A DNA stretch of 64,000 bases, from positions 98,643 through 162,642 of the forward strand of contig JASLXV010000069.1 of the NCBI GenBank assembly GCA_030740155.1. Reading direction: 5' to 3'. Positions 51,424-61,280 of the stretch are shown here, one piece after another. Origin of the DNA: Dehalococcoidia bacterium. GTDB taxonomy: Bacteria > Chloroflexota > Dehalococcoidia > Lucifugimonadales > UBA3495. The notes under the pieces were generated by a model. That model was not told where the DNA came from, ran no database searches, and was given only the letters and a program-made list of their open reading frames with translations. Both the position numbers and the translations under genes were made by a program. The number at the start of each line of letters is the position of its first letter. The first letter of the stretch is position 1.

Positions 51424-53750
51424 TATACCAGGCCAAGCCGCTGCCTCCCGTGGACTTGCCCAAGCTGCGTCAGGTGGGCAAGCCGCTTCGCCGGGTGGAT
51501 GCCCTCGGCAAAGCAGCGGGCGCCACCGTGTACGCGGGGGACTACGCGATGCCGAACATGCTCCACGGCAAGGTTCTCCGGAGCACCCACGCTTCGGCGC
51601 GCATCGGGCGCGTGGACGCAAGCAAGGCGCGGGCGCTGCCGGGCGTGGCCTGCGTCCTGACGGCGGAGGACCTGCCGGGCGGTAAGCTGGTCAGCGACAT
51701 GCCGGGCCAGACAGGGCAACGGCGGCGCTCCGGCTCCGACGTGCCGGTGTTGGCCTCCGGCGTGGTCCGCTTCGTGGGCGAGCCCATCGCGCTGGTGGCC
51801 GCGGAATCGGAGGAGATCGCGCAACGTGCGCTGGAGTTGGTTGGCATCGAGTATGAGCCGCTGCCGGGGGTGTTCAGCCCCGCCGCGGCGATGGGGCCGG
51901 GCGCGCCCATCGTCCACGAGCCGGACAACATCGTGGCCCGGCAGAGGATACGCAAGGGCGACCCGGAGGCCGGCATGGCGGCGGCGGACCTCATCGTGGA
52001 AAACACCTTCCGCATGCCCTTTATCGAGCACGCTTACCTGGAGCCCGAGGCCGGCGTGGCCTGGGTGGATGAGCAGGGGGTGATCAACATCCGGACCTCG
52101 ACCCAGGTTATCGAGCACTTCCGCAGCATCGCCATGGCTGTGGGGGTCCCCCAGAACAAAATACGCGTGCAGGGGGCGATGTTGGGTGGCGGATTTGGTG
52201 GGAAGGAAGACATTACGGTCGAGATATTCCTGGCGCTGCTGGCCAAGAGTACCCGCCGCCCGGTGCGCCTGGCGTATACCCGGGAGGAGTCTTTCATGGC
52301 CCACTCCAAGCGCCATCCGTTCACGATCACCCATCGCACCGGTGTCAAACGCGATGGACGCATCACGGCTGCCCAGATCGAGTTGACCTCGGACTCCGGC
52401 GCCTACCCCTACCTGAGCCCCTACGTGTTGCTCTACGCGGTGGCCGCGGCCTGCGGACCTTACCGGGTGGACAACCTCCACGTGGACGGCGTGGCCGTCG
52501 CCACCAACAATCCCTTCACCAGCGCTTTCCGCGGCTTTGGCGCCGCCCAGGCCTGCGTGGCTTACGAGCAGCAGATGGACGAGATCGCGAGGGCGCTGAA
52601 GATGGACCCGCTGGAGCTGCGGTGCGTGAACTACCTCAAGACCGGAGACCGGAACGGCACCGGGCAGGAGATCGAGAGCGCCGCCTGGTTGGAGGAAACG
52701 GCCACACGGGCGCTTGCGGCGCTGGGCGAGAAGACGCCGGACCGGGGCCCGGTGAAAGTGGGGCGGGGCTTCGCCTCTTACGTGCAGAGCTACGGCCGCA
52801 TCACCTGGCTGCACGATACCAGCCGCGCTTGGGTCGGCGTGGAACTGGATGGCACGGTGTTGGTCCGGTCCAGCGCGCCCGACTTGGGGGCCGGGCAGGC
52901 GTCTGCCCTGTGCCAGGTCGCCGGCGAGGTGCTCGGGGTGCCGCTGGCGGAGGTGGTCATCCACAGCATGGACTCAGCGCTGACGCCCCTGGCGGGCACG
53001 ACCACCGCCACCCGGCAGACCTACATGTCGGGCAACGCCGTCCTACAGGCTGCCACCGCGGTGCGCGACGTTCTGCTCGAACGCGCCTCCAGGCACTTCG
53101 AGGAGAAGTCCGAGCGCCTGGATATGGCCGATGGCCGGGTGTTCGTCAAGGATCGGCCGCAAGAATCGCTGCCGTTGTCGGAATTGGCCGCGATGTGCGC
53201 CGCCGAGGGCCTGCCGCTGGCTGACCTGGCTCAATTCGAAGCCCCCTTCAGCGACCCTATCGACCCGGAGACCGGACAGGGCCGGGTCTACCCGGACTTC
53301 ACCTTTGGCGCGCAAGCGGTCGAAGTGGCCGTGGATACCGAGACGGGCGAGGTCAGCGTACTCAAGAGCGTCGCCTGCCACGACATCGGCCGGGCGATCA
53401 ACCCGGTTTCGGTGGAAGGGCAGATACAGGGAGGCAGCGCTCAAGGGCTCGCCTACGCGCTGCTGGAGGAGCTGGTGGTCAAGGAAGGCGTGATCCAGAC
53501 GCCATCGCTGTCCGAGTACCTGATCCCCACGGCCTGCGATCTTCCCACGACCAAGGCGATCCTCCTGGAATCGGGCACCGGCCTGGGGCCGTTCGGGGCC
53601 AAGGGAATCGGAGAGCCGTCGCTAACCCCGGCCGCGCCGGCCCTTGCCAACGCCGTGGCCAACGCCATCGGGACGCGCGTTCACGACCTGCCGCTGACCC
53701 TCGAGAAGGTGCTGGCGGCGGTGGACCGCGTTGCGGGCGGCGCCGCGTAG
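51420..53750 (+). CDS. Xanthine dehydrogenase family molybdopterin-binding subunit (2)
   Basis: HAYLEPE, GGGFGGK, AFRGFG, GQIQGG, GAKGIGE; ATGA coupling at 51420. Confidence 0.93.
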   Translation: MIYQAKPLPPVDLPKLRQVGKPLRRVDALGKAAGATVYAGDYAMPNMLHGKVLRSTHASARIGRVDASKARALPGVACVLTAEDLPGGKLVSDMPGQTGQRRRSGSDVPVLASGVVRFVGEPIALVAAESEEIAQRALELVGIEYEPLPGVFSPAAAMGPGAPIVHEPDNIVARQRIRKGDPEAGMAAADLIVENTFRMPFIEHAYLEPEAGVAWVDEQGVINIRTSTQVIEHFRSIAMAVGVPQNKIRVQGAMLGGGFGGKEDITVEIFLALLAKSTRRPVRLAYTREESFMAHSKRHPFTITHRTGVKRDGRITAAQIELTSDSGAYPYLSPYVLLYAVAAACGPYRVDNLHVDGVAVATNNPFTSAFRGFGAAQACVAYEQQMDEIARALKMDPLELRCVNYLKTGDRNGTGQEIESAAWLEETATRALAALGEKTPDRGPVKVGRGFASYVQSYGRITWLHDTSRAWVGVELDGTVLVRSSAPDLGAGQASALCQVAGEVLGVPLAEVVIHSMDSALTPLAGTTTATRQTYMSGNAVLQAATAVRDVLLERASRHFEEKSERLDMADGRVFVKDRPQESLPLSELAAMCAAEGLPLADLAQFEAPFSDPIDPETGQGRVYPDFTFGAQAVEVAVDTETGEVSVLKSVACHDIGRAINPVSVEGQIQGGSAQGLAYALLEELVVKEGVIQTPSLSEYLIPTACDLPTTKAILLESGTGLGPFGAKGIGEPSLTPAAPALANAVANAIGTRVHDLPLTLEKVLAAVDRVAGGAA

Positions 53751-53890
53751 GGGGCTGTCGACCCAGCCTTTGTATCTGAATCTCGGCCCGGCACGGGTCA
53801 AGATTCAGATTTCTTCACAACCTCCGGGGCGGACCGGCCAGCCTTGGTACCTTCCCCGCCGTCTCAAATATGGCGGGCGGGTCTGCCAGG

Positions 53891-53918
53891 TTGACACCCG
53901 CACTTCACCGGCTATACT
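53891..53918 (+). promoter_or_regulatory. Sigma70-type promoter
   Basis: TTGACA-16 nt-TATACT upstream of the aminotransferase/hydantoinase operon. Confidence 0.6.
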
Positions 53919-54065
53919 TTGTCAGGTTGAGCCAGGCCAGGGAGATAGCGTCCGGCGTAGCCCCGGTGGATTTCACGGCCACACCTGGCAGCCTGGCCCG
54001 AATGGCGGTGCCGCGCTTCGAAGCGAGGCCTCTCAACGCCGACGCGCACACGGAGGTGTCACCCA

Positions 54066-55028
54066 ATGGTTACCTCAGCCGACCTGTGGGCCCACATCAA
54101 TGGCGAGTTGGTCCGTGGCAAGGACGCCGTCATCCCCATCTACGACCGTGGAATCCAGTGGGGAGATGCCGTCTACGACTCCATCCGCACCTATAACGGC
54201 GCCCCCTTCCGAATGGAGGAGCGCATCGACCGCTTCCTCCGCTCTCTCTACTATGCCCGCATCGACCCGGGGCTCACCAGGGACGCGATCAAGAAGGCCA
54301 GTGAGGAGGTGCTCGAAGCTAACGTGCCCCTCTTGCAGGCCAACGAAGACCTGTCGATGAACTACTACGTCTCCCGGGGTTCCATGAAGGTCACCGACGG
54401 CCTCACGCCCGCCGGCACCGTGGCCATCTTCTGCCGGCCCCTCGCTTTTGCGTCATTCGCCCGCTTCTACGTGAAAGGGGCGCCCGGGGTCACCCCGTCC
54501 ACTCGCCGCACCCCTCCCGAGTGCCTTTCTCCCAAGGCCAAGGCCGCCAACAAGATGAACCACTTTATGGCCGAGTTGGAAGCCAAAGCTTTCAACCCTG
54601 ACGCCTATCCCATCATCCTGGACCTGGATGGCAACATCACGGAGAGCAGCGCCGCCAACTTTCTCTTTGTCTCCGGAGGAAGGATCAAGATCCCTGACAC
54701 CCGCATGGTGCTCAGCGGCGCGGATATGGGCGCCGCTCTGGAACTTACTTCCGGAATGGGAATTCCGGCCGACGAAGGCTCCTACACCACCTACGATGTT
54801 TACAATGCCCAAGAAGCCTTTCTTACCACCAACAGTTTCGGCGTCCTACCCATCGTGAGCCTCAACGGCCTTCCCATCGGATCCGGCAAGGTGGGGCCGG
54901 TTACGCGACGGTTGACAGAGGCGTGGATGGACCTGGTCGGCACGGACTTCGTTTCCCAGGCGCTCAGCCACCTCCCGGATGGCGAAAAGGACGAACTGAT
55001 GGAAGAGTGGGCGGTGGCGAGGGATTAG
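54066..55028 (+). CDS. PLP-dependent aminotransferase class IV (branched-chain/D-amino acid type)
   Basis: DRGIQWGDAVYDSIR, PLP Lys in KAKAAN, ITESSAANFL, EAFLT, G.VGPVT. Confidence 0.9.
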   Translation: MVTSADLWAHINGELVRGKDAVIPIYDRGIQWGDAVYDSIRTYNGAPFRMEERIDRFLRSLYYARIDPGLTRDAIKKASEEVLEANVPLLQANEDLSMNYYVSRGSMKVTDGLTPAGTVAIFCRPLAFASFARFYVKGAPGVTPSTRRTPPECLSPKAKAANKMNHFMAELEAKAFNPDAYPIILDLDGNITESSAANFLFVSGGRIKIPDTRMVLSGADMGAALELTSGMGIPADEGSYTTYDVYNAQEAFLTTNSFGVLPIVSLNGLPIGSGKVGPVTRRLTEAWMDLVGTDFVSQALSHLPDGEKDELMEEWAVARD

Positions 55029-55050
55029 GCCTCAAGGTGAAGGCAACAAG

Positions 55051-57081
55051 ATGATCATCGGCATCGACGTGGGCGGCACCTTCACCGACCTCGTGGCCGT
55101 TGACGATGCCGGCCGGGTGGTCATCGACAAAGTCCCCTCGACTCCCCACAATGAAGGCCAGGCGGTCCTGAACGGCCTCAAGAACCTGAAAATCCCCCAC
55201 TCCGCGGTAGAGCGCCTGGTCCACGGGACCACTGTAGGCACCAACGCTGTCATTCAGCGGAACGGCGCAACCGTCGCCTTCGTTACCACCTATGGCTTCC
55301 GGGACCTTCTGGAAATCGGCCGGGCGAAGCGGGTGACCCCCGGCACCTTGTTCAAGCCTTTCTTTGTCCGCCCCAAACCTCTGGTGCCTCGCTCCCGGTC
55401 CTTTGAAATGAAGGAGCGTACTCTCCATGACGGTCAAATCCTTCACCCGGTGCAGCAAGGGGACATCGCCGAACTGTGCCGCCGGATCAAGGAGTCCGGC
55501 GTGGAGGCGGTAGCAATCTGTTTCCTTCACTCCTACGCCAATTCCACCAACGAAGAGCAGACCGAGAGGCTCATCCGGGAGGCCCTGGGCTCGATATGCA
55601 TCTCCATCTCTTCCAGCGTGGTACCCGAGTACCGGGAGTATGAGCGGTTCTCCACCACCGTGCTCAACGCCTATCTCCAGCCACTGATGGAGCGATACTT
55701 GCCCAGCTTGGAGCGCACCTTGGCCCAGTCGGGTTACAGCAACGAAGTCCTCACCATCGCTTCCAGTGGGGGTTTTATGACCATGGAAACGGCGTTGCGG
55801 TACCCCATCCGCTCCATCTTGTCCGGGCCAGCGGGAGGTATCGTCCAGTGCATCTTCCTGGCCCAGAGGCTGGGCTTCGAAAACATCATCACCTACGACA
55901 TGGGCGGCACCAGCACTGACGTGTGTCTGGTCAAGTCTTACAGCCCCATCATCTCCACCGACAACCTTGTGGGCACCTTTCCTCTGAAGATACCCCAGAT
56001 AGACATCAATACCGTCGGCGCCGGGGGAGGGAGTATCGCCTGGACCGACGTGGATGGTTCCCTGCAGGTCGGCCCGGACAGCGCCGGCGTGGACCCGGGG
56101 CCTGCCGCCTACGGGCACGGTGGGTTACAACCCACGGTAACGGATGCGAACCTTGTTCTGAACCGGGGGAGCGCCCGCCGGCTATTGGGAGGCTCGATCC
56201 GCCTTAAGCTCGAGCCGGCCCAGGTTTCCTTCGAAGCCCTGCTGGCCCATTTGCCTCAGTTGAGCCTTCACCAACTGGCCGAGGGTGTGGTCCGGCTGGC
56301 CGTCGCCCGGATGAGCAGCGCCATCCGGGAGGTCTCCATCCAGCGCGGGCACGACCCCCGGGAGTTCGTCCTGTTCGCCTTCGGTGGCGCCGGTCCCATG
56401 CACGCCACCCAGGTTGCTGAAGAGCTGGGAATCCAAAAGGTCCTGATTCCACGCTACCCCGGCAACGTGTCCGCGATGGGGCTGGTCAACTGCGACTTGA
56501 AGCATGACTATGTGAAGACCGGTCTCTGTCGTTTCGGCGATCTCTCAGTTAGCCACCTGGCCGGCGAACTCGGAGAGCTGCAGGAGCGTGCCGTCGCCCA
56601 ACTCGTCAGAGAAGGGGTGGCGCCGGAATCCATCATGTGCCACCCGACCCTGGACATACGCTACTTGGGCCAGGCCTTCGAACTCAGCATACCGGTGCGT
56701 CTGGCGGACCCCTCTCCGGAGGACATCGCCGGGGATTTTCACCGGCAACACCAGACCACCTACGGCCACTCGGACCCGGGGGCCCAACTTGAGCTGGTGA
56801 ACTACCGCCTTGCCGCCGTGGGCGCGGTGCCGAAGTCGGAGCCGTCTCGCTACGAGAGCCCATCCACCTCCCTGGGCGATGCTGAGATTGAAAGACGGCC
56901 GGTGTTCTTTCAAGGGCAGTTTCTGGACTGCCCTGTGTACGAGCGGGAGAAACTTCCGGTATCGGCCTCCTTCGCCGGGCCGGCCATAATAGAGGAGTTC
57001 GGCGCCACCACCGTTGTGTTTCCTTCTTGGCAGGCAAAGGTTGACGACTACGGCAACCTGACACTGGATTACCTGGCATGA
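55051..57081 (+). CDS. Hydantoinase A/oxoprolinase family ATP-binding subunit
   Basis: DVGGTFTD, HGTTVGTN, REYER, SGPAGG, DMGGTSTD, GAGGGS, FGGAGP.H. Confidence 0.94.
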   Translation: MIIGIDVGGTFTDLVAVDDAGRVVIDKVPSTPHNEGQAVLNGLKNLKIPHSAVERLVHGTTVGTNAVIQRNGATVAFVTTYGFRDLLEIGRAKRVTPGTLFKPFFVRPKPLVPRSRSFEMKERTLHDGQILHPVQQGDIAELCRRIKESGVEAVAICFLHSYANSTNEEQTERLIREALGSICISISSSVVPEYREYERFSTTVLNAYLQPLMERYLPSLERTLAQSGYSNEVLTIASSGGFMTMETALRYPIRSILSGPAGGIVQCIFLAQRLGFENIITYDMGGTSTDVCLVKSYSPIISTDNLVGTFPLKIPQIDINTVGAGGGSIAWTDVDGSLQVGPDSAGVDPGPAAYGHGGLQPTVTDANLVLNRGSARRLLGGSIRLKLEPAQVSFEALLAHLPQLSLHQLAEGVVRLAVARMSSAIREVSIQRGHDPREFVLFAFGGAGPMHATQVAEELGIQKVLIPRYPGNVSAMGLVNCDLKHDYVKTGLCRFGDLSVSHLAGELGELQERAVAQLVREGVAPESIMCHPTLDIRYLGQAFELSIPVRLADPSPEDIAGDFHRQHQTTYGHSDPGAQLELVNYRLAAVGAVPKSEPSRYESPSTSLGDAEIERRPVFFQGQFLDCPVYEREKLPVSASFAGPAIIEEFGATTVVFPSWQAKVDDYGNLTLDYLA

Positions 57082-57163
57082 AGTACCGGGCGAATCAGGC
57101 GAACCAAGCGAACTGAGCGGCCGCACGGCCTCCCCAGACGGCCCCTAAGGAAAGGTTCTTGCC

Positions 57164-59236
57164 ATGGTTGATATCATCACTTTGGAGCTGGTGCGAGAGA
57201 ACCTCATTTCCGCTGTCCAGGAGATGAGAGTCAATCTGACCCGTACCGCATACTCCTCCATTCTGTACGAAGGGGAGGACTTTTCCTGCGTCCTCATGGA
57301 CCCCGATACCCAGATCGTGGCCATGTCCAAAGGCAAGGACAACCCCATCCATATCTTCCCCATCTCGGTCTCCATGAAGACCATCCAAGAGCGATTCGGA
57401 GATGACATAAACCCCGGCGACCTTTTCCTCCACAACGATACCTACACCGGGGGGACCCATCTGAACGACATCGCGATGGTATACCCGGTGTTCTTGGACG
57501 ATGAGCTTTTTCTGCTCCCAGTGGTCCGGGCCCACTGGGCCGACGTCGGCGGAATGACCTACGGCAGTATTTCCGGCCAGGCGACGGAGGTGTATCAGGA
57601 AGGGGTCCGCATACCGCCGATCCGCATTTACGACCGGGGGAAGCCCAACGAGGCGGCCCTGGAACTTCTCTTTAGCAATATGCGCATTCGCGGGGACCGG
57701 GAGGGGGATTTCCGGGCCATGCTGGGCACCTGCCGGATGGCCGAGGCACGCGTGCGCCAGATAGCGGACCGCTTCGGCAAGGAAACCCTCAAAGAAAGTA
57801 TCCGCGAACTCTTGGACCGGAATGAACGGCGCATGCGGCAGGGCATAGGCCGGTTGCCCCCTGGTGAGTACGTCCATGAAACTTACCTGGAGGGCGGCAA
57901 GACGGAACTCCAGCCCTTGCTGATGCACCTGAAGCTGACGGTTGGGGAAGATAGGATCGCCGCGGACTTCACCGGCTCCTCCGCTCAGGCCCCCGGCCCC
58001 AGCAATGTCGGTCCCGGCCTCCTGTCTACCGGGGTCTTCGTCGCCGCCAAGTGTTTCCTGGACCCGGAGGCCGACATCGATCACGGTTCCCTTCGACCCA
58101 TCCAGGTCACCGCCCCGGAAGGCACGCTGGTCAACTGCCGCCTCCCGGCGGCCTGCGGCGGCTCCGGTGAGGTTACCCGGATCATGGAAACCGTGGCCAT
58201 GGCCGCCATCGCCCCTGCTCTGGAAGGAAGAATAACCGGGGACATCAAGGGCGGCTCCAACCATGTTTACGTGGGTGGTATTGACCCAACCACCGGAGGT
58301 CCTTTCGTTTTCTATGAATACCCCGCGGCCGGAGTGGGGGCATTCCACGGTGATGACGGTAACGATGTGGTCAGAAGCTGCTTTGAAAGCGACACCAGCA
58401 GTATGCAGCCCATCGAGGCGATGGAGCAAAAGTACCCTCTGAGGGTTGAGCACTTCGGCCTGCGGGAGGACTCCGGCGGCGACGGCCGGTGGCGAGGCGG
58501 GCTGGGATGCCGGCGTGCCTTGCGCGTCCTCAGCCTCGACGCCCAGTTTTCCGTACTCTCAGACCACAACATCATCCCACCCTTCGGGGTCTGCGGCGGG
58601 GGCGCCGGGGCGCCCAACCGTTTCAGCGTAATTCGTGAAGGCAAGGAGAACCTTCCCCCTTCCCTGCCGGGCAAGGTCAGCGGTTTCCCCCTCCAGGGGG
58701 GTGACATCGTCCTCTGCCAGACTTCCGGCGGCGGGGGATACGGTAACCCTTTGGACCGCGACCGGCAAGCGGTGCTTCAGGACATCGCCGAAGGCTACGT
58801 CACTCGAGAGAAGGCGGAGCGGGTGTATGGGGTGGCCCTGGTGGGAGATGAGGTGGACTCTTCTGCAACCGAGGCCCAACGGGAACAGATAAAGGCCCGG
58901 CCGGTGGCCGCGGCCGTCAAGCCATGGAAGGGAGCTGAGTACTCCGGTGAGGCCCGGCTCTGGCTGATCAGCCCAGAGGCCGCAGGACAGCTAGGCGTCG
59001 AGGAAGGCGGCCTCATCGAAGCGGTTAACCCTCTCGGAGCGCCGCTGCGCGGCTGGACGAGAATCGTGCCGGAGAGCACTCCGTCCGGTGCTACGTGTTA
59101 CCTGGGGCCTGTGGGCAAGCGCATCCTGCGAGTCCGGGAGGGCGAAATGGTGACGCTCGGCTCTTTGCGCTTCGAAGCGGATGATATCGCTCAAAGCGTG
59201 CTCCCTTACGTTTCCTGGCGCTCGGAGACCGGCTAG
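57164..59236 (+). CDS. Hydantoinase B/oxoprolinase family subunit with C-terminal extension
   Basis: RTAYS, ND.YTGGTHLND, HWADVGG, EVYQEG, DSGGDG.WRGG.G, GGGGYG.P..R. Confidence 0.93.
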   Translation: MVDIITLELVRENLISAVQEMRVNLTRTAYSSILYEGEDFSCVLMDPDTQIVAMSKGKDNPIHIFPISVSMKTIQERFGDDINPGDLFLHNDTYTGGTHLNDIAMVYPVFLDDELFLLPVVRAHWADVGGMTYGSISGQATEVYQEGVRIPPIRIYDRGKPNEAALELLFSNMRIRGDREGDFRAMLGTCRMAEARVRQIADRFGKETLKESIRELLDRNERRMRQGIGRLPPGEYVHETYLEGGKTELQPLLMHLKLTVGEDRIAADFTGSSAQAPGPSNVGPGLLSTGVFVAAKCFLDPEADIDHGSLRPIQVTAPEGTLVNCRLPAACGGSGEVTRIMETVAMAAIAPALEGRITGDIKGGSNHVYVGGIDPTTGGPFVFYEYPAAGVGAFHGDDGNDVVRSCFESDTSSMQPIEAMEQKYPLRVEHFGLREDSGGDGRWRGGLGCRRALRVLSLDAQFSVLSDHNIIPPFGVCGGGAGAPNRFSVIREGKENLPPSLPGKVSGFPLQGGDIVLCQTSGGGGYGNPLDRDRQAVLQDIAEGYVTREKAERVYGVALVGDEVDSSATEAQREQIKARPVAAAVKPWKGAEYSGEARLWLISPEAAGQLGVEEGGLIEAVNPLGAPLRGWTRIVPESTPSGATCYLGPVGKRILRVREGEMVTLGSLRFEADDIAQSVLPYVSWRSETG

Positions 59237-59268
59237 TTTCTGGTCTTGGCAACAGCCCTTGGTATTAT

Positions 59269-59331
59269 CCGTTCACCCTGGGCCTGTTGAAGGGCGCGGG
59301 GGCGGTGGTTCGACAAACTCACGGCGAACGG
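59269..59331. repeat. REP-like palindrome between convergent genes
   Basis: CCGTTC..CTG.GCCTGTTGAA ... TTCGACAAACTCA..CGAACGG. Confidence 0.65.
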
Positions 59332-59461
59332 CAATTGTGACGCCGATTATTGCAAGAAAGTACTAGCTCTGCCGGGAGAAGCGCCCAAGGCCCCGGTGAC
59401 GGTGTCTCAGGGACAGCACTGAATCACCGGAAGTCCGGCCCGGCATGGTCTACATGTTTCA

Positions 59462-60466
59462 TCAGCGGAAATGGGCGATTACCTTCTGGCCGAAACGCCG
59501 GATGGTCTCCTCCTGCTGCGTGCCATAGGACGTGACGAACAGCACCTCCACTCCCGCTTGGTGAATGGCCTCTGTCTTCTCCCGGCACTGGGCGGGCGTG
59601 CCGGCCACGGCGAACCGGTCCGCCAGGTAGTCGGTCAACCCCAACTCATCGCTCAGGACGGCGTTTCGCGTCCGGCCCAGCTGCTCGTGTTGAGCCGGTA
59701 CGTACTCGCGGTACAGGGTCGATATGGGCTCCCGGAGTTCTTCGGGCACGTGCTTCCCTTCTAGCGTGAAGCGAAAGGCGTGATGCGCGCTGCCGGCCAG
59801 GGCCATCTTGATCTCGTCGATGGCCTGCTCCCGTTGGTCGGCGATGCTGCATTTGGCGAAAGCCCACACCTCTGTCGAACCCTCCCGTTTTCCAGCGGCT
59901 CGCTCCCCTTCCCGAATCCGTTCCACCGAGTGTCGAAGCACCTCGGGGGTCAACCCGGTGTGGACCAGCACCGCGTCGGCCTCCGCCCCGGCCATGGCCA
60001 GGGTCCTGGGCCCTTCCGCCGACACCATGAACGGTACTGCCGTGCGGGACCAACTCACGTGAATATTCCGCCCTTGGTACCGGTGGGACTGCCCCGATAG
60101 CACGGCCCGGACCGCATCCATGTACTCTTTGAGCTGGGCCAGGCGGGCCGGGCGGAGGTCCAAGTTGAGCACCGCGCTGTCGCCGGTGCCGATTCCCAGA
60201 AAAGCCCGTCCCCCGGAGAGGTCGTTGATCGAAGCGATGGCCGAGGCAGTTACCGCGGGGTGGCGGGTCAGGGGGTTGGTGACCGTCGGCCCGATTCGCG
60301 CCTTCTGGGTCGCCTGGGCCACCACGCTCAGGCTGACGTAGAGTTCCCGGGCCAACGACTGGGACTCGGCGACTCCCAGGTAGTCGAATCCCACCGCTTC
60401 GGCAAGGCGGGCCCGCTCAGGGAGCAGGGCAAGGTCGTCGGGCTGAAGGATAACGCCGAACTTCAT
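59462..60466 (-). CDS. LLM-class flavin/F420-dependent oxidoreductase (Mer-like)
   Basis: AEAVGFD, VTNPLTRHP.VTAS, SGGRAFLGIGTGDS, AEGPRTL, AGTP..C. Confidence 0.9.
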   Translation of the reverse strand: MKFGVILQPDDLALLPERARLAEAVGFDYLGVAESQSLARELYVSLSVVAQATQKARIGPTVTNPLTRHPAVTASAIASINDLSGGRAFLGIGTGDSAVLNLDLRPARLAQLKEYMDAVRAVLSGQSHRYQGRNIHVSWSRTAVPFMVSAEGPRTLAMAGAEADAVLVHTGLTPEVLRHSVERIREGERAAGKREGSTEVWAFAKCSIADQREQAIDEIKMALAGSAHHAFRFTLEGKHVPEELREPISTLYREYVPAQHEQLGRTRNAVLSDELGLTDYLADRFAVAGTPAQCREKTEAIHQAGVEVLFVTSYGTQQEETIRRFGQKVIAHFR

Positions 60467-60774
60467 GGTTTCCCTCCACACCTTAATGTTGACCGCCCGT
60501 CAAAAGGCCGTAGCTTGAGATCGACTCCATCGTTTGGGCAACATGTGTGCGATACCAAACGAGGTCCAGTCGCCTCAGGAGCATCCCGGGAGAGTCAGGG
60601 ACGACTTCCAGCGGCGTTGCGGCACTGGATTACTCCCGACGATGGGAAACTCCCGTTATTGTCAACTACTGGGCAAGCGGAAAAGTTCGTGGGCAAGCTG
60701 TGGACATTCGAAGACAGGGTATTCCCCGATGGCGGGAAAGGGGGCCTGAAGTCTTAATTTCCTAGCTAAGAACC

Positions 60775-60799
60775 TGGTGCCGAAGGTCGGATTCGAGCC
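60775..60799 (-). mobile_element. tRNA 3'-end fragment (probably tRNA-Leu), att junction of an integrated element
   Basis: Minus strand GGCTCGAATCCGACCTTCGGCACCA = T-loop, acceptor 3' strand and CCA; no 5' half of a tRNA; base composition shifts to AT-richer to the right. Confidence 0.75.
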
Positions 60800-60909
60800 T
60801 CAGCGTACTAACCTGTCCCTTTGTATCTGCGGACGTCCAGTGTCGTATACACGACTCCGACCTTCTTGTATCTGCCGTCCCGTCTTGTCCCGTTCTGTTC
60901 CTAGGCGTT

Positions 60910-60928
60910 TGTCAGCAGAATGTCAGCA
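60910..60928. repeat. Tandem TGTCAGCA direct repeat, candidate integrase arm-type sites
   Basis: TGTCAGCA-gaa-TGTCAGCA about 110 bp from the att core. Confidence 0.5.
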
Positions 60929-60971
60929 AATTCCCATAGCGGACTCAGATACGAATGGCGAGGGAGCTTGG

Positions 60972-61118
60972 CTACTTGAACAGCTTCCGCATCGCCTTGC
61001 CGGTTACCTTCCCCGCCGCACGGCGTCCCGCCCGTTTGCCTACCTTGCCCTTCTTGACGGCGTTATAGTCCCCCATCAGCTTGGCCAGGGTATACAAGAG
61101 TCCTCTAAATCCTGCCAT
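60972..61118 (-). CDS. 48-aa cationic small protein (unannotated)
   Basis: GGAGG SD; MAGFRGLLYTLAKLMGDYNAVKKGKVGKRAGRRAAGKVTGKAMRKLFK*; second copy differs only at synonymous sites over 23 codons. Confidence 0.8.
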   Translation of the reverse strand: MAGFRGLLYTLAKLMGDYNAVKKGKVGKRAGRRAAGKVTGKAMRKLFK

Positions 61119-61280
61119 ATCGAACCTCCAGAGATACTACCTAATTAATTGCCCAATCCTGGTCATCCTCGTTCATCACCGACTGGTATTCAGCAGTGGA
61201 GATGTACCTGCGACACGCTTCCTCGTGGGTGAAGGTTTCTACGTCTTTTTCGGATGCCCTCCGAGGCCAACTGGTGGTCA

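Noticed and set aside
46114..53750. Aerobic CO dehydrogenase (coxLMS)
   Set aside because: No AYRCSFR active-site loop; both large subunits have generic xRGFG motifs
60775..60860. Intact tRNA gene
   Set aside because: Only the 3' 25 nt match; no D-arm, anticodon arm or 5' acceptor strand
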